From an uncultured Candidatus Rokubacteria bacterium (GTDB lineage Bacteria; Methylomirabilota; Methylomirabilia; Rokubacteriales; DASRDR01), in assembly GCA_963826115.1 (NCBI GenBank), contig CAWGVS010000012.1:800001-864000 (forward strand): 64,000 nt of DNA, in the 5' to 3' direction. This document shows, in pieces, positions 31,446 through 41,579 of this stretch. Every line of letters begins with the position of its first letter. The stretch's first letter is position 1. A program made the position numbers and the translations under genes. Under the pieces are notes generated by a model. That model was not told the origin of the DNA and ran no database searches. It worked only from the letters and a program-made list of their open reading frames with translations.

Positions 31446-33076
31446 TGGCGACGGCGCCCCTCCTGGCGGTCCGGGACCTGTCGGTGTCGTTCGACACGCC
31501 CGGCGGCGAGGTGGCGGCCGTGCGGCACGTGTCGTTCGACGTCGCGAAGGGCGAGACGGTCGGGCTCGTGGGCGAGAGCGGCTCCGGGAAGTCCGTGACG
31601 GCGCTGTCCGTCCTCCAGCTCCTGCCGTACCCGAAGGCCCGGCATCCGTCCGGCAGCCTCCGCTTCCAGGGCCAGGAGCTCCTCGGCGCCGACGAGGCCA
31701 CGCTCCGGCGCGTCCGCGGGAACCGGATCGCGATGATCTTCCAGGAGCCCATGACGTCGCTCAACCCGCTCCACACCATCGAGAAGCAGATCGGCGAGGT
31801 CCTGTTCGTCCACAAGCGGCTCGACCGCCGGGCGGCGCGGGCGCGAACGCTCGAGCTCCTCGGCCTGGTCGGCCTGCCCGAGGCGGCGCGGCGGCTCGAC
31901 GCGTACCCGCACCAGCTCTCGGGCGGCCAGCGCCAGCGCGTGATGATCGCGATGGCGCTCGCCAACGAGCCGGACCTCCTGATCGCGGACGAGCCGACGA
32001 CGGCGCTCGACGTCACCATCGAGGCCCAGATCCTGAAGCTTCTCCGCGACCTTCAGGCGCGGTTCGGGATGGCGCTCCTCCTGATCACGCACGACCTCGG
32101 GGTCGTCCGGAAGCTGGCCGACCGGATCCTCGTGATGACCCAGGGGGAGCTCGTCGAGGCCGGCGCGACCGCCGACATCTTCGAGCGGCCGCAGCACCCG
32201 TACACGCGGCGCCTCCTCGCGGCCGACCCGGCGCCCCGCCAGACCGGCCCGGCCCCCGACGCGCCGGTCGTCATGACGGCCGACGCGCTGAAGGTCTGGT
32301 TTCCCATCAAGGCCGGCGTGCTGCGGCGGACGATCGACCACGTCAAGGCGGTGGACGGCGTCAGCGTCACGGTCCGGGAAGGCCAGACGGTCGGGGTCGT
32401 GGGCGAGAGCGGCTCGGGAAAGACGACGCTCGGCCTCGCGCTCCTCCGCCTCCTCCGGAGCGACGGGCGGATCCAGTTCCTCGGGCAGGAGCTCCAGGGT
32501 CTCGGCGCGCGGGCGCTCCGCCCCCTCCGCCGGGAGATGCAGATCGTCTTCCAGGACCCCTACGGGTCACTCTCGCCCCGGCAGTCGGTCGGCCAGATCG
32601 TCGGCGAGGGCCTGGGCGTCCACCACCTGGCGCGGAGCCCCGAGGCGCGGGAGGCGCTGATCACCGAGGCGCTCGGGGAGGTCGGGCTCGCGGTCGAGGT
32701 GCGGGACCGCTATCCGCACGAGCTGTCGGGGGGCCAGCGCCAGCGGGTCGCGCTCGCCCGGGTCCTCGTGCTGAAGCCCCGGCTGATCGTCCTGGACGAG
32801 CCCACGTCCGCGCTCGACCGGTCCATCCAGGCGCAGCTGATCGACCTCCTGCGGGACCTCCAGGCGCGGCACCGCCTCGCCTACCTCTTCATCAGCCACG
32901 ACCTCCGGGTGATCCGGGCGCTGAGCGACGAGATCATCGTGATGCGGGCGGGGACGGTGGTCGAGCGCGGGCCGACCGCCGAGATCTTCGAGCGGCCGCA
33001 GCACCCGTACACGCGGGCGCTCATGGCCGCGGCGCTCGACCTCGAGGTGGTCGAGGGCGGCGCCGTGGCGAGCTGA
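31445..33076 (+). CDS. yejF: YejF-like fused double ABC ATPase
   Basis: Two GESGSGK Walker A, two LSGGQRQR, two DEPT. Confidence 0.92.
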   Translation: MATAPLLAVRDLSVSFDTPGGEVAAVRHVSFDVAKGETVGLVGESGSGKSVTALSVLQLLPYPKARHPSGSLRFQGQELLGADEATLRRVRGNRIAMIFQEPMTSLNPLHTIEKQIGEVLFVHKRLDRRAARARTLELLGLVGLPEAARRLDAYPHQLSGGQRQRVMIAMALANEPDLLIADEPTTALDVTIEAQILKLLRDLQARFGMALLLITHDLGVVRKLADRILVMTQGELVEAGATADIFERPQHPYTRRLLAADPAPRQTGPAPDAPVVMTADALKVWFPIKAGVLRRTIDHVKAVDGVSVTVREGQTVGVVGESGSGKTTLGLALLRLLRSDGRIQFLGQELQGLGARALRPLRREMQIVFQDPYGSLSPRQSVGQIVGEGLGVHHLARSPEAREALITEALGEVGLAVEVRDRYPHELSGGQRQRVALARVLVLKPRLIVLDEPTSALDRSIQAQLIDLLRDLQARHRLAYLFISHDLRVIRALSDEIIVMRAGTVVERGPTAEIFERPQHPYTRALMAAALDLEVVEGGAVAS

Positions 33077-33093
33077 GGGAGCGCCCCGCCCCG

Positions 33094-35232
33094 GTGTGGT
33101 CGACGAGGCGACTCCTGGTGGCCGCGCCCACGCTCGTCAGCCTCGTCCTGCTGCAGTCCTACTTCTGGGTGCCGACGTTCGAGAACCAGGCTCGGGGCGA
33201 CCCGGGGCGGCTGACCCGCTACATCAACGCGTCCATCGGCGACGCCGTCTACCTGAACCCGACGATCTCGAGCGACTCGGCCTCGGGCGAGGTAAACGAC
33301 CTCGTCTTCGACGGCCTGATCGACCGGAATCTCGACCTCTCGTTCCGCGGTCGCCTGGCGGAGTCCTGGGAGATCTTCGAGGAGACCTATCTCTTCGCCG
33401 ACGAAACCCTCCGGCTCGCGGATGGAACGGCGGCGACCCCGGCTGCCCTCCTGAAGCAGCTCCAGGCGGCGAAGGACCGCGGGGCGCCGGCGCTCCGGGC
33501 CGTCGAGGCGCTGACGGTGCTGCCAGCGGAGACGAGCACCGTGCGGATCGCGCCGCCCGCGCCCGCGCGCGGACCGGGCGCGCCGGCGCCGCCGGCGCCC
33601 GTGCCGATCGCGGTCGTCGTCCAGCGGCCGCCACGGATCAAGTTCACGCTGCGCGCCGTGGACCAGGACTTCTTCCCGAATCTCGACCGGTTGCTTGCCG
33701 GGTACGTGACGAAGCTCGATCCCCACCGCTACGTCACGGCGCCGGACCCCGCGTCGGCCCGGGCGGCCGTCGAAGCCCACGTGCGACCCACCGAGGAGAA
33801 CCCGGTGATCGTCTTCCACCTCCGGCGCGGCGTGCGCTTCCACGACGGCCGCGAGCTGACCGCCCGCGACGTGCGCTTCACGTACGAGACGATCATGGAT
33901 CCGCGGAACGTCTCTCCGCGGGTGCCCGACTTCGAGCCGATCCGGATGGTCGAGACGCCGGATCCCTACACGGTTCGCGTGACCTACAAGGAGCTCTTCC
34001 AGCCCGGCTTCGAAAGCTGGGGCATGGGAGTCCTCCCCGAACACCTGTTGAACAAGGACACGCTCGCGGCCGAGGCCCGCGCTGCCGGTAAGGACTCGCA
34101 AACCTTCAGCATCCGGGACGCGGCGTTCAATCGGCGGCCGGTCGGCAGCGGGCGATTCCGGTTCGCCGACTGGGAGAGCGACGTGTCGATCCGGCTCACC
34201 CGGAACGAGGACTACTGGGCGGGGCCGCCGAACTTCCGGGAGTACTTCCTCCGGATCCTCCCGGACGCCCTCACGTCGGAGCTCGCCTTCTACGCCGGGA
34301 CGTCCGACAGCTATGGCGCCCAGGCGCACCAGGTGGCGCGCCTCCAGGACGACCCGCGGTTCCACGTGAACTCGCTCCTGGGCCTCGGGTACACCTACAT
34401 CGGCTACAACCTCCGGCGGCCGGTGTTCCAGGACGTCCGGGTGCGCGCCGCGCTCGCCATGGCGATCGACGTCGACGAGATCATCCGGTACGTGCTGTAC
34501 GGCCAGGGGCAGCGGACGACCGGGCCGTATCCCCAGCAGACAGCGTTCTACGATCCGGACGTCCGGCCCCCGCCCTACGATCCGGCGGGGGCGGCGCGGC
34601 TCCTCGCCGAGGCCGGGTGGCGCAAGAACGCGGAGGGGATCCTCGAGAAGGACGGGAAGCCGCTCCAGTTCACGCTGATCACGAACTCGGGGAACGAGGA
34701 GCGCCAGGCGATCATGGTGATCGCCCAGAACGCCTGGCGGCGGCTCGGGGTGAGGGTCGAGATCCTCGCGCTCGAGTGGGCGGTCTTCATCCGGGAGCGG
34801 GTGAACAAGCTGGACTTCGACGCGGTCGTGCTCGGCTGGTCGATGGGCCTCGACGCGGACATCTTCCAGATCTTCCACTCGAGCCAGGCCGGGCCGCAGC
34901 AGCTCAACTTCGTCGGCTACGCGAACCCGCGGGCCGACGAGCTGATGGTGCGGATCCGGCGCGAGTACGACGACACCCGCCAGACGGCCATGGCCCGGGA
35001 GCTCCACCGGCTCATCGCCCAGGACCAGCCGTACACCTTCCTCTACGTGCGGCGGGTGCTGGCCCTCCTGGACGGGAAGATCGTCCGCCTCGTGCGCCGG
35101 CCGGACGGGACGACCGCGTACCTGCCGTTCGAGCCGAACCGCCTGGGCCGCATCAACTTCCACTTCGACGAGTGGATCAAGACGCCCCGGCCGGTTCTCC
35201 CGCCGTTCCGGCCCGAGCTGTCGGCGGGGTAG
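33094..35232 (+). CDS. Family-5 peptide ABC substrate-binding protein with large insertion
   Basis: LAESWE...FHLRRGVRFHDG..LTARDV.FT, PVGSGRF, F.DVRVRAAL. Confidence 0.88.
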   Translation: MWSTRRLLVAAPTLVSLVLLQSYFWVPTFENQARGDPGRLTRYINASIGDAVYLNPTISSDSASGEVNDLVFDGLIDRNLDLSFRGRLAESWEIFEETYLFADETLRLADGTAATPAALLKQLQAAKDRGAPALRAVEALTVLPAETSTVRIAPPAPARGPGAPAPPAPVPIAVVVQRPPRIKFTLRAVDQDFFPNLDRLLAGYVTKLDPHRYVTAPDPASARAAVEAHVRPTEENPVIVFHLRRGVRFHDGRELTARDVRFTYETIMDPRNVSPRVPDFEPIRMVETPDPYTVRVTYKELFQPGFESWGMGVLPEHLLNKDTLAAEARAAGKDSQTFSIRDAAFNRRPVGSGRFRFADWESDVSIRLTRNEDYWAGPPNFREYFLRILPDALTSELAFYAGTSDSYGAQAHQVARLQDDPRFHVNSLLGLGYTYIGYNLRRPVFQDVRVRAALAMAIDVDEIIRYVLYGQGQRTTGPYPQQTAFYDPDVRPPPYDPAGAARLLAEAGWRKNAEGILEKDGKPLQFTLITNSGNEERQAIMVIAQNAWRRLGVRVEILALEWAVFIRERVNKLDFDAVVLGWSMGLDADIFQIFHSSQAGPQQLNFVGYANPRADELMVRIRREYDDTRQTAMARELHRLIAQDQPYTFLYVRRVLALLDGKIVRLVRRPDGTTAYLPFEPNRLGRINFHFDEWIKTPRPVLPPFRPELSAG

Positions 35233-35235
35233 GCC

Positions 35236-36195
35236 GTGCTTCCCTTCCTGGTTCGGGCCTGCTGGCGGAAGCTCTGGACGCTCTTCCTGATCTCGATCGT
35301 GTCCTTCCTGGTGGTCCACCTGGCCCCCGGCGCCCCGAGCCAGATCGACCCCATGAACCCGCGCTTCACGAAGGAGCAGCTCCAGCGGTACCGCGCGGCC
35401 TTCGAGCTCGACAGGCCGCTCCACGTCCAGTACGCGCGCTTCTACGCGCGCCTGTTCACCGGGCAGCTCCGCGCGTTCAAGGACAACCAGCCCGTCCTGT
35501 CGAAGATCGCCGCTCGCGCCTGGAACAGCCTTCCGCTGTTCGTGGTCGGGACGATCCTGGTGTGGTGCTTCGCCTTCCCACTCGGGATCGCCAGCGCGGC
35601 GCGTCGTGACTCCTGGTTCGACCGCGTGACGACGGTGCTGGTGTTCGCGCTCATCTCGATCCCCGGGTTCTACCTGTCGTACCTGGCGATCATCTTCGTG
35701 GTCCGGACGTTCCAGGTGGACGTGATCGGCATCGAGACGTTCGGGCGCGCCCCCTCCGGGTGGTGGTCGACGGCCATGGACCGCACCTGGCACCTCGTGC
35801 TGCCGTCGGTCCTGGGCGCGGCGGCGGGCATCGCGGTGCTCTCCCGCTACGTGCGCTCCCAGATGCTCGAGGTGATCAGCTCCGACTACGTCCGGACGGC
35901 GCGGGCCAAGGGCCTCCCGGAGGACGGCGTGCTCTACCGTCACGCGCTCCGGAACGGCCTCTTGCCGTTCGTCACGATGCTCGGGCTCCTGATTCCCGGG
36001 CTGATCGGCGGCAGCGTCATCTTCGAGACGATCTTCGCGTGGCCGGGCATCGGCCGGCTCGGGTACGAGGCGATCCTCGCGCGCGACTACCCGGTGGTCA
36101 TCGCCCTCAACTTCATCGTCGCGCTCCTCACCGTGATCGGGACCCTGCTGTCGGACGTCCTCTACATGCTGGCCGACCCCCGGATCCGCCTGTGA
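35236..36195 (+). CDS. DppB/OppB-type permease
   Basis: RYVRSQMLEV..DYVRTARAKG, HALRN, DPRIR. Confidence 0.92.
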   Translation: MLPFLVRACWRKLWTLFLISIVSFLVVHLAPGAPSQIDPMNPRFTKEQLQRYRAAFELDRPLHVQYARFYARLFTGQLRAFKDNQPVLSKIAARAWNSLPLFVVGTILVWCFAFPLGIASAARRDSWFDRVTTVLVFALISIPGFYLSYLAIIFVVRTFQVDVIGIETFGRAPSGWWSTAMDRTWHLVLPSVLGAAAGIAVLSRYVRSQMLEVISSDYVRTARAKGLPEDGVLYRHALRNGLLPFVTMLGLLIPGLIGGSVIFETIFAWPGIGRLGYEAILARDYPVVIALNFIVALLTVIGTLLSDVLYMLADPRIRL

Positions 36196-37151
36196 TGGCG
36201 CCGCCGCGCGGCGAGTCCCCGGGCCAGGTCGTCTGGCGCGCCTTCCGGCGGAACCGCCCGGCGGTGGTGGGGCTGGTCGTCGTCCTCGCGTTCTTCCTGA
36301 TCGCGCTGGTAGGGCTCGCGCTGACCAAGGGCGCGCATCCGGTCCTGGACCCTCGCGAGGTGCGCCTGCCCGACCGGCTCCAGGGGCCCTTGGCCCGGCC
36401 GAATCGCGAGTCGGTGCCGCCCGCGAGCTGGCCGCGCCTCGGCGTCTACCTCCTCGGCACCGACGAGCTCGGGCGCGACGTCTTCGCGCGGATGCTGGAG
36501 GGCGCCTTCGTGTCCCTGTCGGTGGGCTTCGTCGCCGTGGGGCTCGCGGTGGCGATCGGGATCGCCCTCGGGGGCCTGGCCGGCTACTACGGCCCGACCC
36601 GCATCGGGGTGGGGCGCTTCCGGCCCGTCACCGTGGACACGCTGATCACGGGGCTCATCGACGTCATGCTGTCGTTCCCCACGTTCTTCCTCATCCTGAC
36701 CGTGGTCGCGATCCTCCGGCCCTCCATCTGGAACATCATGATCGTGATCGGCCTCACGACGTGGGAGGGGACCGCGCGCTTCGTGCGCGCGGAGATCCTC
36801 TCGCTCCGCGAGCGGGAGTTCGTCCACGCGGCGCAGGCGGCCGGCGCCCGCGGCGCCCGGATGATCGGCGTCCACCTGCTCCCGAACGCCGTCGGGCCGG
36901 TCCTGGTCTCGGCCACGCTCAACGTCGCGGGGGCGATCCTCACGGAGTCGAGCCTGTCGTTCCTCGGGTTCGGCGTGCCGCCGCCCGACGCGACGTGGGG
37001 CAACATCCTGGCCGACGGCAAGCGGTTCATCTTCGACGCGCCGTGGCTCACCGTCATCCCGGGGACGGCCATCCTGGTCCTCGTGCTGGCCTTCAACCTG
37101 TTCGGCGAGGGGCTCCGGGAGGCCTTCAACCCGCGGCTCCGCGAGGGCTAA
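36195..37151 (+). CDS. DppC/OppC-type permease
   Basis: [29 protein letters not shown]. Confidence 0.92.
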   Translation: MAPPRGESPGQVVWRAFRRNRPAVVGLVVVLAFFLIALVGLALTKGAHPVLDPREVRLPDRLQGPLARPNRESVPPASWPRLGVYLLGTDELGRDVFARMLEGAFVSLSVGFVAVGLAVAIGIALGGLAGYYGPTRIGVGRFRPVTVDTLITGLIDVMLSFPTFFLILTVVAILRPSIWNIMIVIGLTTWEGTARFVRAEILSLREREFVHAAQAAGARGARMIGVHLLPNAVGPVLVSATLNVAGAILTESSLSFLGFGVPPPDATWGNILADGKRFIFDAPWLTVIPGTAILVLVLAFNLFGEGLREAFNPRLREG

Positions 37152-37165
37152 GTACCGTCGCGGCC

Positions 37166-37195
37166 TTGACAATGCGCGAGGGGGGTTGGCAAGAT
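37166..37195 (+). promoter_or_regulatory. Promoter of tRNA-Leu
   Basis: TTGACA-N18-CAAGAT with TG extension. Confidence 0.6.
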
Positions 37196-37204
37196 ACGCC
37201 CTGC

Positions 37205-37289
<85 letters not shown>

Positions 37290-37312
37290 CTTCTCCCCTG
37301 CGCCTAGGGGAG

Positions 37313-37346
37313 CGACGGGGCTCCGGTTGGAGCCCCGTTGTGGTTT
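37313..37346 (+). terminator. Hairpin terminator after the tRNA
   Basis: CGACGGGGCTCC-GGTT-GGAGCCCCGTTG followed by TGGTTT. Confidence 0.6.
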
Positions 37347-37411
37347 GAGGGAGGGGCCGGGGCCTCGCGGCCCTGTGGCATAATGACCAGCGACGCAAGC
37401 CCTTGCCGCGT

Positions 37412-38329
37412 ATGACGCCGACGCTTCCCGTCATCCAGCCCGACGCTCTGTCCCAGGGGCGCAAGCCTGCCTGGCTGAAGGTCCGTGCGCCCGGCGGCCC
37501 GAACTACATGCGGCTGAAGGCGCTCATGCGGGAGCGGAACCTCCACACGGTGTGCGAGGAGGCGCGCTGCCCGAACATCGGCGAGTGCTGGGAGGAGCGG
37601 ACCGCGACCTTCATGATCCTCGGGGACGTGTGCACCCGCCGGTGCGGGTTCTGCGCGGTGGCGCACGGCCGGCCGGAGTGGGAGGACTGGGGGGAGCCGG
37701 ACCGGGTGGGCCGGACCGTTGCCGAGATGGGGCTCCAGCACGTGGTGGTGACGAGCGTGAACCGCGACGACCTGGCCGACGGCGGGTCGGAGATCTTCGC
37801 GCGCACGATCCAGTCGATCCGGCGCGAGGCGCCCGGCTGCCGCGTGGAGGTGCTGATCCCCGACTTCCAGGGCTCGGCGCCCGCCCTCGAGACCGTGCTC
37901 CGGGCCCGCCCCGACGTGCTGAACCACAACATCGAGACGGTCCCGCGGCTCTACGGCCCGGTGCGGCCGGGCTCGCGCTACGCGCGGAGCCTCGAGCTCT
38001 TCCGGCGGGCGAGCGGGCACGCCACCGAGCCCGTCACGAAGTCGGGGATGATGCTGGGCCTCGGCGAGGAGGCGGGTGAGGTGCGCGCCACCATGGCCGA
38101 CCTCCGCGCCGCCGGCGTCCAGCTCCTCACCCTCGGGCAGTACCTCCGGCCGTCGCCCGCCCACCTCCCGGTGGTGCGCTACGTCCCGCCCGCGGAGTTC
38201 GAGGCGCTCGCCGCCGACGCCCGCGCCCTCGGGTTCCGCCACGTCGAGGCGGGGCCGCTCGTCCGCTCCTCCTACCACGCGAAGCGCCAGGTCGAGGCGG
38301 CCTGCGCGCCGCCGCCGGGGGGCGCCTGA
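37412..38329 (+). CDS. lipA: Lipoyl synthase
   Basis: CEEARCPNIGEC, CTRRCGFC, RSSY; TGTGG-CATAAT upstream. Confidence 0.97.
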   Translation: MTPTLPVIQPDALSQGRKPAWLKVRAPGGPNYMRLKALMRERNLHTVCEEARCPNIGECWEERTATFMILGDVCTRRCGFCAVAHGRPEWEDWGEPDRVGRTVAEMGLQHVVVTSVNRDDLADGGSEIFARTIQSIRREAPGCRVEVLIPDFQGSAPALETVLRARPDVLNHNIETVPRLYGPVRPGSRYARSLELFRRASGHATEPVTKSGMMLGLGEEAGEVRATMADLRAAGVQLLTLGQYLRPSPAHLPVVRYVPPAEFEALAADARALGFRHVEAGPLVRSSYHAKRQVEAACAPPPGGA

Positions 38330-38679
38330 TGCAGTACGTCCCCATCCTCATGGTGTTCGCGATCGCGCTCGGGGTGGCCTGTCTCCTGGCGTACCTCCCG
38401 GCGCTCCTCGGCCCGCGCCGCGCGACCGCCGTTAAGATGGAGACGTTCGAGTGCGGCAAGGACGTGATCGCGCGCCCGGAGGGGCGGTTCGCGATCAAGT
38501 TCTCGACGACGGCGATCTTCTTCATCATCTTCGACATCGAGCTGATGTTCGTGTTCCCGTGGACCGTGGTGTACCGGAGCCTCGGGCTCTACGGGTTCGT
38601 GACGATGGTCGTGTACCTGGGGATCCTCATGCTGGGTCTGTTCTATGTCTGGCGGAAGGGTGGGCTCCAGTGGGAGTAG
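38329..38679 (+). CDS. nuoA: NADH-quinone oxidoreductase subunit A (cluster 2)
   Basis: TGATG overlap with lipA; FECG, FDIE, KGGLQWE. Confidence 0.95.
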   Translation: MQYVPILMVFAIALGVACLLAYLPALLGPRRATAVKMETFECGKDVIARPEGRFAIKFSTTAIFFIIFDIELMFVFPWTVVYRSLGLYGFVTMVVYLGILMLGLFYVWRKGGLQWE

Positions 38680-39128
38680 CGGACTTCTTCACGACGAAGC
38701 TCGACGCGGCGCTCGGGTGGGCCCGTAAGTACTCGATTTTCCAGTACCCGTTCGTGACCGCCTGCTGCGGGATGGAGTACATGGCGACCGCCTGCTCCCA
38801 CTACGATGTCGACCGCTTCGGGGCAGGCCTGCCGCGGTTCTCGCCGCGCCAGGCCGACGTCCTCTTCGTGGTGGGCACGATCAGCCACAAGATGGCGCCC
38901 GTCCTCCGGCGGGTCTACGACCAGATGACGGAGCCGAAGTGGGTCGTGGCGTTCGGCGTCTGCACCTGCACCGGCGGCTTCTACGACAACTACGCGACCG
39001 TGCAGGGCATCGACACGATCCTCCCCGTCGACGTCTACATCCCGGGGTGCCCGCCCCGGCCGGAGAGCGTGCTCGACGGCCTCATGAAGCTCCAGGACAA
39101 GATCGCCGCGGGGCGGCAGCGGTTCTGA
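38670..39128 (+). CDS. nuoB: NADH-quinone oxidoreductase subunit B (cluster 2)
   Basis: TACCGMEYM, SPRQAD, IPGCPPRPE. Confidence 0.95.
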   Translation: MGVADFFTTKLDAALGWARKYSIFQYPFVTACCGMEYMATACSHYDVDRFGAGLPRFSPRQADVLFVVGTISHKMAPVLRRVYDQMTEPKWVVAFGVCTCTGGFYDNYATVQGIDTILPVDVYIPGCPPRPESVLDGLMKLQDKIAAGRQRF

Positions 39129-39156
39129 GCCCCGCGAGCGCGCGCCCGCCCCGGTC

Positions 39157-39654
39157 ATGAACGGTCAGGACATCCGCGCGCGGCTCTCGGAGCGCTTCGG
39201 CGCGGCCGTCGTCGCCGCCCACGCCGAGCACGGCGATGACACCGTCGTGGTGGCGCTCGCGGCGCTCCCCGAGGTGCTGCGGTTCTGCCGGGACGACGCG
39301 GCGCTCGGGTTCGACATGCTGATGGACCTGACCGCGGTGGACTACCTCACGTATCCCGGCCGCGAGGACGCGGCCCGGTTCGAGGTCGTCTACCATCTCT
39401 ACTCGGTGCCGCACAACCACCGGCTGCGGATCAAGGCGGGCGTCGACGAGGACGACCCGGTCGTCCCGACGGCGGTGCCGGTGTGGCCGATCGCGAACTG
39501 GCTCGAGCGCGAGGTGTGGGACATGTACGGGATCCGCTTCGCGGAACACCCCGACCTCCGCCGCCTGCTCCTCTACGAGCAGTTCGAGGGCCACCCGCTC
39601 CGCAAGGATTATCCGGTCAGCCGGCGCCAGCCGCTCATCGGCCCCAGGAACTGA
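39157..39654 (+). CDS. nuoC: NADH-quinone oxidoreductase subunit C (cluster 2)
   Basis: [19 protein letters not shown]...GHPLRKDYP. Confidence 0.95.
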   Translation: MNGQDIRARLSERFGAAVVAAHAEHGDDTVVVALAALPEVLRFCRDDAALGFDMLMDLTAVDYLTYPGREDAARFEVVYHLYSVPHNHRLRIKAGVDEDDPVVPTAVPVWPIANWLEREVWDMYGIRFAEHPDLRRLLLYEQFEGHPLRKDYPVSRRQPLIGPRN

Positions 39655-39666
39655 GCCGGGACGCCC

Positions 39667-41088
39667 ATGACTCCCACGCCCGAGACCGCCAGCGCGACTC
39701 CGCCCGCGGCGCCCGCCGCGGCCCGCCGCACCCACGAGTTCTTCCTGGGCGAGGGCGTACCCGAGAGCGGGACCGAGAACCTGGTGGTGAACCTGGGGCC
39801 GTCGCATCCGGCCATGCACGGCATCGTGCGGATCGTGACCGAGCTCGACGGGGAGCAGGTCGTGAAGACCGACGTGGAGATCGGCTACCTCCACCGGGCC
39901 TTCGAGAAGGAGTGCGAGATCGGGCCGTACAACGCGGCGATGCCGTACACGGACCGCCTGAACTACGTCTCGCCCCTCATCAACAACTTCGGCTACTGCT
40001 CGGCCATCGAGAAGCTCCTCGGGATCCAGACGACGGAGCGGTGCCAGTACATCCGGGTGATCCTGAGCGAGATCTCGCGCATCTCGGACCACCTGACGTG
40101 CGTCGGCGCCTCCGCGATGGAGCTCGGCGCGTTCACCGTCTTCCTCTACATGATCAAGGCGCGCGAGTTCCTGTGGGAGGTGATCGAGGCCGTCACCGGC
40201 GCCCGGCTCACCATCTCTCACGGGCGGGTCGGCGGGCTCAAGGCGGATCTCCCGCCCGACTTCGAGCCGCGGATGCGCCGGGCGTTCGCCGAGACGCGGA
40301 CGGTCCTCGAGGAGTCGCACCGGCTCCTCACGACGAACCGCATCTTCGTCGACCGGATGCAGGGCATCGGCATCCTCACACGGGACGAGGCGATCGCCTA
40401 CGCGGTCACCGGGCCCCTGCTCCGCGCCTCGGGGGTGCCGTTCGACGTCCGGCGGGCGACCCCCTACTGGGTGTACGACCGGCTCGACTTCGAGATCCCG
40501 GTCGGCGAGACCGGCGACAACTACGACCGCTACCTCGTCCGCATGGCCGAGATGGAGCAGTCGATGCGGATCGCCGAGCAGGCGCTGGCCCAGCTCCCCG
40601 GCGGCCCGGTGAACGTGGACCACGAGGGCCGGCCGTTCGCCGTGCCCGCGGAGTACGTCGACCGGGGCAAGCTCGGCAAGACCGAGGGGCTCCTCATCAC
40701 CGACATCCGTCTCTCGCCCAACCTGGCCGGCCAGGAGCGGCGCCACCACACCCAGGTCAACGCCCCCGACAAGCGCGCCGTGCTCCCGCCCAAGGAGACG
40801 ACGTACGGCTCGATCGAGGGCCTGATGAACCACTTCATGCTGATCATGGATGGCTTCGGGATCCGGCCGCCGCGGGGGGAGGCCTACTTCCCCGTGGAGG
40901 GCGCCAACGGGGAGCTCGGGTTCTACGTCGTGTCCGACGGGACCGACCGCCCGTACCGCGTCCGCTGCCGGCCGCCGTGCTTCCCGCCGATGGCGGCGCT
41001 CCACCGGATGCTCGAGGGCGGCCAGGTTGCCGACATCGTCCCGACCTTCGGCTCCGTCAACATGATCGGCGGAGAGCTCGACCGGTGA
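39667..41088 (+). CDS. nuoD: NADH-quinone oxidoreductase subunit D (cluster 2)
   Basis: NLGPSHPAMHG, GYLHR, DRLNY, GGELDR. Confidence 0.95.
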   Translation: MTPTPETASATPPAAPAAARRTHEFFLGEGVPESGTENLVVNLGPSHPAMHGIVRIVTELDGEQVVKTDVEIGYLHRAFEKECEIGPYNAAMPYTDRLNYVSPLINNFGYCSAIEKLLGIQTTERCQYIRVILSEISRISDHLTCVGASAMELGAFTVFLYMIKAREFLWEVIEAVTGARLTISHGRVGGLKADLPPDFEPRMRRAFAETRTVLEESHRLLTTNRIFVDRMQGIGILTRDEAIAYAVTGPLLRASGVPFDVRRATPYWVYDRLDFEIPVGETGDNYDRYLVRMAEMEQSMRIAEQALAQLPGGPVNVDHEGRPFAVPAEYVDRGKLGKTEGLLITDIRLSPNLAGQERRHHTQVNAPDKRAVLPPKETTYGSIEGLMNHFMLIMDGFGIRPPRGEAYFPVEGANGELGFYVVSDGTDRPYRVRCRPPCFPPMAALHRMLEGGQVADIVPTFGSVNMIGGELDR

Positions 41089-41579
41089 GCGCGCCGGCGA
41101 CCGGGGCTCCGGTCCGCTTCTCGGCGGCCCAGGTCGCCGAGGTGCGGCGGCTCCAGGCCCTCTACCCCGAGCGGCAGGCGGCGCTCCTCCCGGTCCTCCG
41201 CATGGCCCAGGAGGCCTTCGGCTACGTCTCCCCCGAGGTCGAGGTGGCGGTGGCGGAGCTCTTCGAGATCTCGCCCGCCCACGTCCACGAGGTCGTCACC
41301 TTCTACACGCTGTTCTTCCAGCGGCCGGTCGGGCGGCACGTGATCTCGGTCTGCCACAACCTCTCGTGCTCGCTCCGCGGGGCGGAGGACATCGTCGCCC
41401 ACCTGGAGGCACGGCTCGGGATCGCCGCGGGGGAGACGACGCCCGACGGGCGCGTGACGCTCTTCCGGGTCGAGTGCCTCTGCGCCTGCGAGGTCGCGCC
41501 GATGATGCAGGTGGACGAGGACTACGTGGGTCCCCTCGACCGCGCGGCCGTCGATCGCGCCCTGGACGGCCTCCGGTGA
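41085..41579 (+). CDS. nuoE: NADH-quinone oxidoreductase subunit E
   Basis: VCHNLSC...VECLCAC [2Fe-2S]; VTFYT. Confidence 0.94.
   Translation: MSAPATGAPVRFSAAQVAEVRRLQALYPERQAALLPVLRMAQEAFGYVSPEVEVAVAELFEISPAHVHEVVTFYTLFFQRPVGRHVISVCHNLSCSLRGAEDIVAHLEARLGIAAGETTPDGRVTLFRVECLCACEVAPMMQVDEDYVGPLDRAAVDRALDGLR

Noticed and set aside
32881-35943. Long minus-strand ORFs (also 27261-30128, 39082-41004, 42642-44888 and others)
   Set aside because: They are antisense shadows of GC3-rich genes and contain no recognisable domains.
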